DNA from: Alphaproteobacteria bacterium
GTDB lineage: Bacteria; Pseudomonadota; Alphaproteobacteria; UBA828
Length of the DNA stretch: 64,000 nt
Reading direction: 5' to 3'
Assembly (NCBI GenBank): GCA_965220745.1
Contig: CBDCQT010000011.1
Location: 64,001-128,000 of the forward strand
Part shown: positions 1 through 9,033 of the stretch, one piece after another
Layout: each line of letters starts with the position of its first letter
How positions within the stretch are numbered: the first letter of the stretch is position 1
Program-made: the position numbers and the translations under genes
Notes under the pieces: model-generated
The model's database searches: none
The model's input: only the letters and a program-made list of their open reading frames with translations
Told to the model about the DNA's origin: nothing

Positions 1-3
1 ACG

Positions 4-1071
4 TTGATGGGCGCGGCCACCACGCGGCTCGGGCTGGGCGCGACCTGCTCGACCACCTACTACCAGCCGTTCCACGTCGCGCGCATGTTCTCCACACTCG
101 ACCACATGAGCGGCGGCCGTGCCGCCTGGAACGTGGTGACGTCGCTCAACGATTCCGAGGCCGCAAACTACGGCGCGGACAGGGTGATCGAGCATAACGA
201 GCGCTACGACCGTGCCGACGAGTTCATGGAGGTGGTCCTCGGCCACTGGGGTGCGTGGGACGAGGACGCCATCGTCCTCGACAAGGAGCAGGGCCTTTTC
301 GCCGACCCGGCGGGGGTGCATCGCCTCGACCACGAGGGCCGCTTCCTGCGCTCGCGCGGGCCGTTCACCGTGCCGCGCACGCCGCAGGGGCGCCCCATCG
401 TGATCCAGGCCGGCCAGAGCGGGCGCGGACGGCAGTTCGCGGCTCGCTGGGCCGACGTGATCTTCGCGATCTATCCCACCCTGGAGTTCGGCCAGAAGGC
501 CTACGCGGCGACGCGGGAGGCGGCCATCGCCGCCGGCCGTGACCCGGACTCCTGCCGCGTGGCGCCGGCGGCCTACGTCACGGTGGCCGAAACCCAGGCG
601 GAGGCGGAGGACAAGGCCGCCTTCATCGCCGGTCTCGCGCGGCCCATCGACACGCTGGCGCTGCTCTCCGAAGCGCTCAACTACGACTTCGCGACCAAGC
701 CTGCGGGCGAGCCCTTCACCGACGAGCAGATGGCCTCCATCAGTGGCCTCCAGGCGATCCGTGACCGTGTGGTGACCCTGAGCGGCAATCCGCACCCGAC
801 GGTCGAGGATTTCGTGACCTACAGCCGGCGGGGCACGGTGAACGAGATGCCTCATTTCGTGGGCACGCCAGCGGCGGTCGCCGATCAGATGGCGGAATGG
901 TTCGAGAGCGAGGCCTGCGACGGCTTCGTGCTCGCCGCGACCCACATGCCGGGCGCCTACGAGGATGTCGCCCGCCTCGTGGTGCCCGAGCTGCAGCGTC
1001 GCGGCATCTACCACGAGGACTATGCCGGACCCACGCTCCGGGAGAATCTGGGCCTGGGAAACGCGCTATGA
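4..1071 (+). CDS. LLM-class flavin-dependent monooxygenase, NtaA/DszA family (5' end lies before the window)
   Basis: Motifs TLDHMSGGRAAWNVVTS, RYDRADEF, PQGRPIVIQAGQSGRGRQFAARWAD and LVVPELQRRG...TLRENLGL; the ORF runs off the window start. Confidence 0.9.
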   Translation: MMGAATTRLGLGATCSTTYYQPFHVARMFSTLDHMSGGRAAWNVVTSLNDSEAANYGADRVIEHNERYDRADEFMEVVLGHWGAWDEDAIVLDKEQGLFADPAGVHRLDHEGRFLRSRGPFTVPRTPQGRPIVIQAGQSGRGRQFAARWADVIFAIYPTLEFGQKAYAATREAAIAAGRDPDSCRVAPAAYVTVAETQAEAEDKAAFIAGLARPIDTLALLSEALNYDFATKPAGEPFTDEQMASISGLQAIRDRVVTLSGNPHPTVEDFVTYSRRGTVNEMPHFVGTPAAVADQMAEWFESEACDGFVLAATHMPGAYEDVARLVVPELQRRGIYHEDYAGPTLRENLGLGNAL

Positions 1072-1078
1072 TCGCGCC

Positions 1079-2545
1079 ATGAGTGTCAAGGACGGTGCTG
1101 CCCATTTGCGCGCGCTCGACAAGGACCGGGCGGTCTATCTCGACGGCGAGTTGATCACGCGCGTCGCCGACCATCCGGCCTTCGCTTCTGCCTGCCGCTC
1201 TGCGGCCGCCCTCTACGACTTCCAGGCGGCCGCAGAGAACGTCGAGCGCATGACCTTCGAGACCGAGACCGGCCGCCGCGCGAACCGCGCCTGGCAGATG
1301 CCGCAGAGCTACACCGAGCTGGTCGCAAGGCGGGAGGCGCTCACCGCCTGGGCCGAGCTTCATGCAGGCTTCCTCGGCCGCTCGCCCGATCACCTCGCCT
1401 CCTCCATCGCGGGCCAGGCGATTGGGATCGAGGTCTTCGAGCGCCACGGCGCGCGCCACGCCCAGGCGCTCCGCGACTACTACGCCTACGCGCGCGACAA
1501 CGACCTTTACCTCACCTACGTCATCATCAACCCGCAGGGCGACCGCTCCAAGGCGTGGGGCGAGCAGGAAAGCGAAGAGATGACCATGCGGGTCGTCGAC
1601 GAGGACGCGGAAGGCGTGACAGTGCGGGGCGCCAAGATGCTCGGCACCGGCTCGGTCATGGCCGAGGAAATCCTGGTTGCGAACCTGCAGCCGTTGCAGC
1701 CGGGGGAGGAGCGTTTCGCCATCTCCTTCGCGCTGCCGCTCGATACCCGCGGCCTCAAGGTGCTCTCGCGCAAGAGCTACGAGGCGAGCGCCGTCAGCGC
1801 CTGGGACAATCCGCTCTCCCACCGCTTCGACGAGAACGATTCCGTCGTCTACTTCGATGACGTAAAGGTGCCGTGGGAGCGGATCTTCGTCTTAGGCGAC
1901 ACGGACATGTGCCGGGCGCAGTTCCACGACACGCCGGGGCACGTCTTCCAGAACTACCAGTCGCAGGTCCGTCTGGTGGTGAAGCTCAAATTCCTGCTGG
2001 CAGTTGCGCGCCGCATCGCCGAGACCATCGGCACCGCCAAGATGCCGCCGGTGATGGGGCAGCTCGGCGAGATGGCGGCCGAGGTCGCAGCCGTGGAAGG
2101 GCTGCTTTACGGCATGGAGAGCGCGGGCGGCATGGTGGGCGAGCACTACGTGCCCAATGCGAGTATGATGTACGCAGCCCAGGTCCAGACCCAGGCCCTC
2201 TACCCACGCCTGATCGACGGGATCCGCTCTCTCGCTGGCGGCAGCCTGATCATGCTGCCGTCGTCTGTGGCGGACCTGGACAACCCGGACATCGCGCCCC
2301 TGATCGAGCGCACCCAGGTTTCCTCGCGACCCGGCGAGGGCGCTGCCGAGCGGATGGCGTTGATGAAGCTTGCCTGGGACGCGGTGGGCTCCGAGTTCGC
2401 CGGCCGCCACACCCAGTACGAGATGTTCTACGCGGGCGCCAAGTTCGTCACCACCGCGCACTGCTTCAGGCGCTACGACTGGGCAGGCGCCGATCGCATC
2501 CTGGAGGGGCTGATGGCCGGCAACGAGGGCCCCGGCGCGCCGTGA
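1079..2545 (+). CDS. 4-hydroxyphenylacetate 3-hydroxylase (HpaB)-family FADH2-dependent monooxygenase
   Basis: Motifs VYLDGE, GRSPDH, NPQGDRS, GVTVRGAKMLGT, NPLSHRFDEND, AWDAVGSEFAGRHTQYEMFY; ATG at 1079 follows the upstream stop. Confidence 0.88.
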   Translation: MSVKDGAAHLRALDKDRAVYLDGELITRVADHPAFASACRSAAALYDFQAAAENVERMTFETETGRRANRAWQMPQSYTELVARREALTAWAELHAGFLGRSPDHLASSIAGQAIGIEVFERHGARHAQALRDYYAYARDNDLYLTYVIINPQGDRSKAWGEQESEEMTMRVVDEDAEGVTVRGAKMLGTGSVMAEEILVANLQPLQPGEERFAISFALPLDTRGLKVLSRKSYEASAVSAWDNPLSHRFDENDSVVYFDDVKVPWERIFVLGDTDMCRAQFHDTPGHVFQNYQSQVRLVVKLKFLLAVARRIAETIGTAKMPPVMGQLGEMAAEVAAVEGLLYGMESAGGMVGEHYVPNASMMYAAQVQTQALYPRLIDGIRSLAGGSLIMLPSSVADLDNPDIAPLIERTQVSSRPGEGAAERMALMKLAWDAVGSEFAGRHTQYEMFYAGAKFVTTAHCFRRYDWAGADRILEGLMAGNEGPGAP

Positions 2546-3729
2546 GGGTCGGCGTCGTCAATCTCGGCGCCATCGTCTCCGGCGACTGGCGCGAGCCCTT
2601 CGTCGAAGGCGATGCCCTCGTCGCGGCCGACGGCATCCTGGAAGCCGTCGGCCAGGTGCCGCCTGCCGCCCTCGACGCTTGCGAGATCGTGATCGACGCG
2701 GGCGGGGCGACCGCGATTCCGGGGCTGATCGATTCCCAGGTCCACGTCACCTTCGGCGACTTCACGCCGCGCCAGAACACAGTGGGCTACCTCACGAGCT
2801 ACGTCCACGGCGGCACCACCACGGCGATCTCCGCCTCGGAGGTGCATGTGCCCGGCCGGCCGAAAGACCCCGCCGGGGTCAAGGCGCTGGCGGTCGCGGC
2901 CTTCAAGTGCTTCGAGCATTACCGGCCGGGGGGCATGCGCGTGCACGGCGGCTCCATCATCCTGGAGCCCGGCCTCACCCGCGCGGATTTCGACGACGTG
3001 CACCGCGACGGCGTCTGGCTCGCCAAGGCCGGCTTCGGCGCGGTGGAGACAGCGCGGGATTACGTGGCACTGGTACGCCACGCCAGGGACGCCGGCCTGC
3101 TCACGACGCTGCACACAGGCGGCGCCTCGATCCCCGGCTCCTTCCCCATCACCGGCGCGGACCTGATTGCCATCGACCCCACGGTCTCCTTCCACATCAA
3201 CGGCGGGCCAGTCGCCATCGAGGACCGCTATTTCGAGCAAGTGGCGGCGGAGACCGGGATCGCCATGCAGGTCTGCACCGCCGGCAACCTGCGGACCACG
3301 CTGCTCTGCGCCGAGATGGCGCGCAAGCACGACGCCTTCGACCGCTTCCTGATCGCCACCGACACGCCGACCGGCAGCGGCGTCATGCCGCTCGGCATGA
3401 TCTACACCATGGTCCACATCGCCTCGCTCGCCGGCTTCGACCCGACCTGGATGATCGCCGCCTCCACCGGCAACGTGGCGGAAATCTACGGTCTCAACAG
3501 CGGCTTCCTCAGGCCGGGGCGGGATGCGGACGTGGTCATCATCGACGCCCCGCTCGGCGCCACCAAGCCCGATGCGCTCTCGACCATGAGCAATGGCGAT
3601 CCGGTCGCCATCGGCGCGGTCATCACCGACGGCATTCCCCGCTTCGTCGGCCGCAGCCGCAACACCCCGCCGACCACCCGCAAGGTCGCCGTCGCCCGCT
3701 GCGAGGTCCCGGCCTTCGATCCGGCTTAG
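2542..3729 (+). CDS. Enamidase-like amidohydrolase
   Basis: GTG overlaps the upstream TGA; PGLIDSQVH, PGRPKDPAGVKALA, HTGGASIPGS, HINGGP and SRNTPP match the enamidase subfamily as I recall it. Confidence 0.82.
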   Translation: MRVGVVNLGAIVSGDWREPFVEGDALVAADGILEAVGQVPPAALDACEIVIDAGGATAIPGLIDSQVHVTFGDFTPRQNTVGYLTSYVHGGTTTAISASEVHVPGRPKDPAGVKALAVAAFKCFEHYRPGGMRVHGGSIILEPGLTRADFDDVHRDGVWLAKAGFGAVETARDYVALVRHARDAGLLTTLHTGGASIPGSFPITGADLIAIDPTVSFHINGGPVAIEDRYFEQVAAETGIAMQVCTAGNLRTTLLCAEMARKHDAFDRFLIATDTPTGSGVMPLGMIYTMVHIASLAGFDPTWMIAASTGNVAEIYGLNSGFLRPGRDADVVIIDAPLGATKPDALSTMSNGDPVAIGAVITDGIPRFVGRSRNTPPTTRKVAVARCEVPAFDPA

Positions 3730-3828
3730 GCGCTCCAGCTACGTCTGCCCGCGTTATCGTTAGTCTTGCCGGTAGCGACGCACGATGACATGGTGGCGGA
3801 ACTCGAGTAGGCCAATTGGGGAGGTGCC

Positions 3829-4362
3829 ATGACCGAGTTTCGCCTTAACTGGGATAAGGCACTCGAAGCGATCGTCTGGTTGGCGCGCAGACAGCCAGAC
3901 ATAGATTTCTTTCACATTTCGAAAGTCCTCTATTACGCGGACAAAGCACACATTTTGCGCTACGGCCGACCGGTGACTGGCGATGTTTACATCGCCATGG
4001 CTCATGGACCGGTGCCATCCGGCGTCTACGATCTCCTGAAGATTGATCCGTTCTTGCCTGACGAACTGCTGAAAAAACTTGACGACGCGGTGGAGATCGA
4101 CCCCCCCCACGTGCTCGCACGCCGCGTGGCGAACGAAGATGTTCTCTCTGGAAGCGATATCGAGGTGCTGGAACAGGCTTGGGGGCAATACGCCAGTTTG
4201 CCATTCGGAGAGTTGAGCAAGCTGTCCCACCAGGAGCGCGCTTATGTCGAGGCAAGCCCTAACGGCGCGATGGACATAGAACTACTGGTGGATGAAGACG
4301 ACCCTGACAAAGACGATCTCATGAAGGAAATCCGGGAAAAGGCTGCATACGGAGTGTTGTAA
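3829..4362 (+). CDS. Panacea-domain (SocA/GepA/DUF4065-type) antitoxin
   Basis: KVLYYADKAHILRYGRPVTGDVYIAMAHGPVPS and LSKLSH motifs; RBS GGAGG upstream. Confidence 0.85.
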   Translation: MTEFRLNWDKALEAIVWLARRQPDIDFFHISKVLYYADKAHILRYGRPVTGDVYIAMAHGPVPSGVYDLLKIDPFLPDELLKKLDDAVEIDPPHVLARRVANEDVLSGSDIEVLEQAWGQYASLPFGELSKLSHQERAYVEASPNGAMDIELLVDEDDPDKDDLMKEIREKAAYGVL

Positions 4363-4730
4363 TGCCGCTAGCCAGCGGCGATGTATTGTACGTTTGGTGC
4401 GACCGGATTACCCCTCCACACGCCAAGTATTGCATTTGCGTGTCGCCGGAGGACCGTTGGTTCTTGTTCATCAACACCAAGCCGCCTCGAGCCAGGGAGG
4501 CTGCGGTTCTTATTCGCTCCTACGAACTCGATTGCCTGGATCATAATTCCTACGTGGACACGTCATTCGTCTACATGTTGTCGGAGGACGAAATCGCTTC
4601 CGCGCTCGCGCGCAGAAACAGGCACAAGGGGCCGCTTAGCAACATGCTGAAGCTGCGCATCAAAACGAACGTGCGCAACCATAACCTGTTACGGAAAGAG
4701 CTTCGCGACGCGATTATGTACCGGCTTTAG
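4362..4730 (+). CDS. Putative toxin, possibly PemK/MazF-like fold
   Basis: Coupled to the Panacea gene by TAATG; pattern GDVLYV..PPHAKYCICVS..FINT..LDHNSYVD..GPLS; basic, 122 aa. Confidence 0.6.
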   Translation: MPLASGDVLYVWCDRITPPHAKYCICVSPEDRWFLFINTKPPRAREAAVLIRSYELDCLDHNSYVDTSFVYMLSEDEIASALARRNRHKGPLSNMLKLRIKTNVRNHNLLRKELRDAIMYRL

Positions 4731-4817
4731 GCTGACGCAGCCGCTGCTCGGAGCGAATCCGGCGGGAGTGGGGCTCGGTAATCCGGGAAGTCGTGACCCG
4801 GAGGCGACGAGGTATAT

Positions 4818-5477
4818 TCAGTCGATCTCGTCTTCGGGAACGATCCAGGGTTCTTCAAGTGCCGCGTCGCGCCATTCAACGAAGGCCGGGAGGGTCAGCA
4901 CGGCGCGGCTGTAGGCAGCGCAGGTCGTGTCGAGGTCGACGCCGTAGGTATCCAATCGGGTGACGACTGGCGCGTACATGGCGTCCGCTGCGCAGAAGGC
5001 ACCGAACAGGAATTCGCCGCCGGCGCCGTAGCGGCTGCGGCAATCGCGCCAGATCTCGCAGATGCGGGCGATGTCGTCGTCGACGCCCGGCCCGCGGCCC
5101 TTCCCCTTGAGATTGAGGCGGCGCAGGTTCATGGGCATGTGGTTGCGGAGTGCGGTGAAGCCCGCGTGCATCTCGTTGGCAATCGCGCGTGCCGTGGCGC
5201 GCGCATCGCGGTCCTCGGGCCAGAGCCCCGCGTCCGGGAACAGCTCGTTGGCGTATTCGATGATCGCGAGGGTCTCCCAGACAGTGCGTTCGCCGTGCAA
5301 CAGCACGGGAACGCGCCCAGAGGGCGAAACGGCGGCGATGGCCTCCCTCCAGTTGTCGTCGAACAGCAAGAGCAGCTGCTCCTCGAACGGGATTCCGGCG
5401 TGGCGCAGCGTCAGCCAGGGTCGCAGCGACCAGGATGAGTAGTTCTTGTTGCCGATAATCAGGGTTAGGTCGCTCAT
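4818..5477 (-). CDS. Glutathione S-transferase family protein
   Basis: IGNKNYSSWSLRPW, SPSGRVPVL, WETLAIIEY, FGAFCAADAMYAPV. Confidence 0.92.
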   Translation of the reverse strand: MSDLTLIIGNKNYSSWSLRPWLTLRHAGIPFEEQLLLLFDDNWREAIAAVSPSGRVPVLLHGERTVWETLAIIEYANELFPDAGLWPEDRDARATARAIANEMHAGFTALRNHMPMNLRRLNLKGKGRGPGVDDDIARICEIWRDCRSRYGAGGEFLFGAFCAADAMYAPVVTRLDTYGVDLDTTCAAYSRAVLTLPAFVEWRDAALEEPWIVPEDEID

Positions 5478-5556
5478 GGCGCTACGCACCTACACTCCAG
5501 GTTTCTCAGGGCCGCGCACTATAACGCCGCGTGCTTCGCCGGCAATTACTGGTGAT

Positions 5557-5970
5557 CTAACGGGTCGCGTCGATGGTTTGGACGTGGCCGCCAGCGGCGT
5601 AGGAGAGGATGGCGAAATCGGCCGTGAGCAGCGGCGCGCCGCACTGACGGGCAGTCGCAATGATGAGGCGATCGGCAGGATCGGCACGAAACGCCCCGGG
5701 CAGCCGCACGCTGTCGGCGGCAATCGCGGGTTCGATGGGGAGAAGCTTGACGCCCGGCAGGGCGAGCACCGCCCTGATCCACGCGCCGACCTCCTGCGCG
5801 AGCCGAAGGCGGCCCCGTTCCGCCAGCAAGGCAACTTCCCACGGCGTGATGGCGGAAACGCCGATGTCGTCCGACTGATTCGCCCCGGCAATGGCGGCGC
5901 GCGCCTCGGGCCCCAGCCGACGTTCGTCTTCGATGGCCCAGAGCAGCACGTGGGTATCGAGAACGATCAC
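5557..5970 (-). CDS. vapC: PIN-domain (VapC) toxin
   Basis: LDTHVLLW, SAITPWE, DPADRLIIATA, LLTAD; overlaps the antitoxin stop. Confidence 0.9.
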   Translation of the reverse strand: MIVLDTHVLLWAIEDERRLGPEARAAIAGANQSDDIGVSAITPWEVALLAERGRLRLAQEVGAWIRAVLALPGVKLLPIEPAIAADSVRLPGAFRADPADRLIIATARQCGAPLLTADFAILSYAAGGHVQTIDATR

Positions 5971-6209
5971 CGTGCGGCGTTCCAGTCGGCGGGATCGAGG
6001 GCCGGCAGGAAGGGGTCGTCGTAGGACAACACCGATCCCTTCATGGCGCCGATGATGGATCGATTCTCGCCTTCGGGCCGCACCGGCGCGAGCACGGCGA
6101 CCGGCCGGCCGCGATTGGTGATGGTCACCGGCTCGCCGTCTTCGCCCATCTCATTGATAATACGGAGACATTTCGCCTGAAATTCAGACGCCGCAATCGT
6201 CTTGCCCAT
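5967..6209 (-). CDS. Phd/YefM-family antitoxin
   Basis: IAASEFQAKCLRII..GEPVTITNRGRPVAVL; ATG at 6209. Confidence 0.9.
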   Translation of the reverse strand: MGKTIAASEFQAKCLRIINEMGEDGEPVTITNRGRPVAVLAPVRPEGENRSIIGAMKGSVLSYDDPFLPALDPADWNAAR

Positions 6210-6229
6210 GATTTCTGCCTGAAAAAAAT

Positions 6230-6241
6230 ACACGTACGTGT
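6230..6241. promoter_or_regulatory. Palindromic operator candidate for the Phd-VapC operon
   Basis: Perfect 12-bp palindrome ACACGTACGTGT in an AT-rich tract about 20 bp upstream of the antitoxin start. Confidence 0.55.
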
Positions 6242-6300
6242 TATATATACATATTATCAAAGAACGTCAATCCGGCGAGGCCGGTCTGATCCCGAAGGGC

Positions 6301-7005
6301 TCAGTCGCCGGAATCGTCCTCGTCGGCGCCGCTCATCAGCTGGGAGAAGCGCACCGGCAGGATTTCCTCGGTCTCGAACCGACCGTCCCCGTCCTTGGTG
6401 ACGAGCAACAGGCGCTGGTCGTCCTCCAGCCCGGCCGGGATCACCATGCGCCCGCCGGGCTTGAGCTGTTGCAAGAGCGCCGGCGGGAGCAGGTCGGGCG
6501 CCGCAGTCGCAATGATGCGGTCGTAGGGCGCGTGGTCGGGCCAGCCCAGGCTGCCGTCGCCGATGCGGAACTGCACGTTGCCGTAGCCCTGCTCGTCGAG
6601 CCGGCGGCGGCCGCTCTGGGCCAGCTCCTCGATCAGCTCGACCGTGTAGACCTCGGCCGCGAGCTCCGCCAGCAGCGCCGCCTGATAGCCGAGCCCGGTG
6701 CCGATTTCGAGCACCCGGTGCTCAGCGCCAATCTCCAGCAGGTCGGTCATCAGCGCGACGATGAAGGGCTGCGAGATGGTCTTGCCGCAACCGATGGGGA
6801 GCGGTGAATCGAGGTAGGCGTAGAGCGCCATTTCCACCGGCACGAAGGCGTGGCGAGGCACCCGCCCGATCGCCTCCATGACATCGCCCGCGATAGCGTC
6901 GCGGCCGGTCTTGCCGCTGACATGGTCGGCGTGAAGCGCCACCTGTTCGACCATGGTACGGCGCAGGATCGCGAATTGGTCTTCGTTGGTATTCGCCGCC
7001 GTCAT
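6301..7005 (-). CDS. pcm: Protein-L-isoaspartate O-methyltransferase
   Basis: VPRHAFVP, AYLDSPLPIG..TISQP, VLEIGTGLGYQAA, APYDRIIATAA, LKPGGRMVIP; likely start MTAANT. Confidence 0.92.
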   Translation of the reverse strand: MTAANTNEDQFAILRRTMVEQVALHADHVSGKTGRDAIAGDVMEAIGRVPRHAFVPVEMALYAYLDSPLPIGCGKTISQPFIVALMTDLLEIGAEHRVLEIGTGLGYQAALLAELAAEVYTVELIEELAQSGRRRLDEQGYGNVQFRIGDGSLGWPDHAPYDRIIATAAPDLLPPALLQQLKPGGRMVIPAGLEDDQRLLLVTKDGDGRFETEEILPVRFSQLMSGADEDDSGD

Positions 7006-7225
7006 GGCTCGTTCCTGCGCCTCGGCGCACGCGTGCTCGCGGGCACCGCGCCCGCCCGTCGCCCCGAAGGGGCGCCACAGAGTGTCACCCCGATTGCTGC
7101 TATAAGTAACGCATCTGCGCGACAGCCGCGAGCCCACCGGTGACGATCCTCTGCCGCGACCGCCCTTGCGCGGGGAGACCGCCCCGCTCTGATGCAGCCC
7201 GCCAAGCCGGGCGTCCAGCCCGCGC

Positions 7226-8647
7226 ATGACCGGCTCGCTCGCGCTGCCGCTCTGGATTCTCGCGGTGGTCGGCGCACTCGCGCTCTGGGCCGCGCTCGAC
7301 CGGATCCTGATGCCGAGCGCGCGCTGGTTCCTGCGCCGCCGCCTCAACCGCATGATCGAGGAGGTCAACACGCGACTGGAGCTGCAGATCCCGGCATTCC
7401 AGCAGACCAAGCGCCGGGTGCTGATCGACCAGCTCGCCTACGACCCGCACGTGATGGAGGCGATCGAGGCCGAGGCCGAGGCCACCGGCACACCGCGCGA
7501 GGTGCTGAGCCGGCAGGTGGAGCGCTACGCCCGCGAGATCGTGCCTTCCTTCAACGCCTACGCCTACTTCCGCATCGGCTATCACCTCGCGCGACGGGCG
7601 GTGGAAAGCCTCTACCGCGTGCGCCTCGGCTATTCCGACGACGAGGCGCTGGCCCGCATCGAGCCCGGCGCCAGCGTCGTGTTTGTGATGAACCACCGCA
7701 GCAACATGGACTACGTGATCGTCGCCTACATGGCGGCCCATCGCTCCGCGCTCAGCTACGCCGTCGGCGAGTGGGCGCGGGTCTGGCCGCTCAGGATGCT
7801 GGTGCGCTCGCTTGGCGCCTACTTCGTGCGCCGGGGTTCGGGCAGCCGCCTCTACCGCCAGGTGCTCGCCCGCTACGTGCAGGCTGCGACCGCCGGCGGC
7901 GTGGTCCAGGCGGTCTATCCGGAAGGCGGCCTCAGCCGCGACGGCCGCCTGCGCAAGCCCAAGCTCGGGCTCATCAACTATATGGTCTCGTCCTTCGACC
8001 CGGAGGGGACGCGCGATCTGGTCTTCGTCCCCGTTGGCATCAACTACGACCGGGTACTGGAGGACCGCATGCTGGTCCGCGCACCGGGCCCCGGCGAGCC
8101 CCGGCGCAGCCGGGCACGCGTGCTCGCCACCGCGTTCCGCTTCGCCGCGCACAACGTGAGTCTGATGATCCGGCGGCGCTGGTACCGTTTCGGCTACGCC
8201 TGCGTGAACTTCGCCGCACCAATCTCCATGCGGGACTACGCCAAGGCGAACGGGCTCGACTTCCGCACGCTGGAGCTGGAGGAACGCCACCAGGCCGTCG
8301 AAAAACTCGGCGGCGAGCTATTGCAAGCGATCGCAGCAGCGATTCCGGTGCTTCCGGTGTCCCTGGTGGCGACGGTGTTCGTGCGTGCGGACGGGGCCCT
8401 TGATTTGCTGGAAATCAAGGGGCGCACCCAGGCGCTGATCGACCGGCTGGAGCGCGAGGGCGCCTACGTCCACATCCCGCGCGCCGACCGCGACTACGCT
8501 GTTACCGTGGGGCTACGCATGCTGACGCTGCGCCACTTCGTGACCGAGGCGGACGGGCTCTATCGCGCCAACGAAGGCGAGCGCGACATGCTGCGCTATT
8601 ACGCCAACGCCATCGAGCACTTCCTGCCCGACGCGCCGGACGACTGA
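7226..8647 (+). CDS. Glycerol-3-phosphate acyltransferase (PlsB-like LPLAT family)
   Basis: NHRSNMD (HX4D) motif, YPEGGLSRDG, VPVGINYD; N-terminal TM segment. Confidence 0.85.
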   Translation: MTGSLALPLWILAVVGALALWAALDRILMPSARWFLRRRLNRMIEEVNTRLELQIPAFQQTKRRVLIDQLAYDPHVMEAIEAEAEATGTPREVLSRQVERYAREIVPSFNAYAYFRIGYHLARRAVESLYRVRLGYSDDEALARIEPGASVVFVMNHRSNMDYVIVAYMAAHRSALSYAVGEWARVWPLRMLVRSLGAYFVRRGSGSRLYRQVLARYVQAATAGGVVQAVYPEGGLSRDGRLRKPKLGLINYMVSSFDPEGTRDLVFVPVGINYDRVLEDRMLVRAPGPGEPRRSRARVLATAFRFAAHNVSLMIRRRWYRFGYACVNFAAPISMRDYAKANGLDFRTLELEERHQAVEKLGGELLQAIAAAIPVLPVSLVATVFVRADGALDLLEIKGRTQALIDRLEREGAYVHIPRADRDYAVTVGLRMLTLRHFVTEADGLYRANEGERDMLRYYANAIEHFLPDAPDD

Positions 8648-8662
8648 CCGGGCGAAAGGGGA

Positions 8663-8690
8663 CGCGCCGGCGACGAGAGCCACCGGCGCG
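8663..8690. terminator. GC-rich hairpin between convergent genes
   Basis: CGCGCCGG (8663-8670) / CCGGCGCG (8683-8690); no clear U-tract. Confidence 0.35.
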
Positions 8691-8703
8691 ATGGATTACT
8701 CGG

Positions 8704-8997
8704 TTACTCCACGCCCTCGACGAAGTAGACGCTGCTGTTGGAGGCCCTGAAGCGCATCGGCAGCACCGCCTGGTACTCGGGGCAGTTGTACCACTCCTTC
8801 GCCTTTTCCATGCTCTCGAAGCGGATGATCACGATCCTGGGCGGCTTCGACATGCCGTCCATGTGGGCGACGTTGGTGGTGGCGGCGACCAGCTCGCCGC
8901 CGTAGGCCGCGACCGAGGGGCCGGCCTTCTCGGCGTACTCGTCCATGAGCGCCTGGTCGGTCACTTGCGATTCGGAAATCAGATAGGCGGCAGGCAT
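8704..8997 (-). CDS. DUF1330-family protein
   Basis: MPAAYLI..Y..AGPSVAAYGG..RIVIIRFESMEKAKEWYNCPEYQ. Confidence 0.85.
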   Translation of the reverse strand: MPAAYLISESQVTDQALMDEYAEKAGPSVAAYGGELVAATTNVAHMDGMSKPPRIVIIRFESMEKAKEWYNCPEYQAVLPMRFRASNSSVYFVEGVE

Positions 8998-9033
8998 GAA
9001 AGATCTCCTTGGGTTGTGTTGTTTCGGGGAGGA

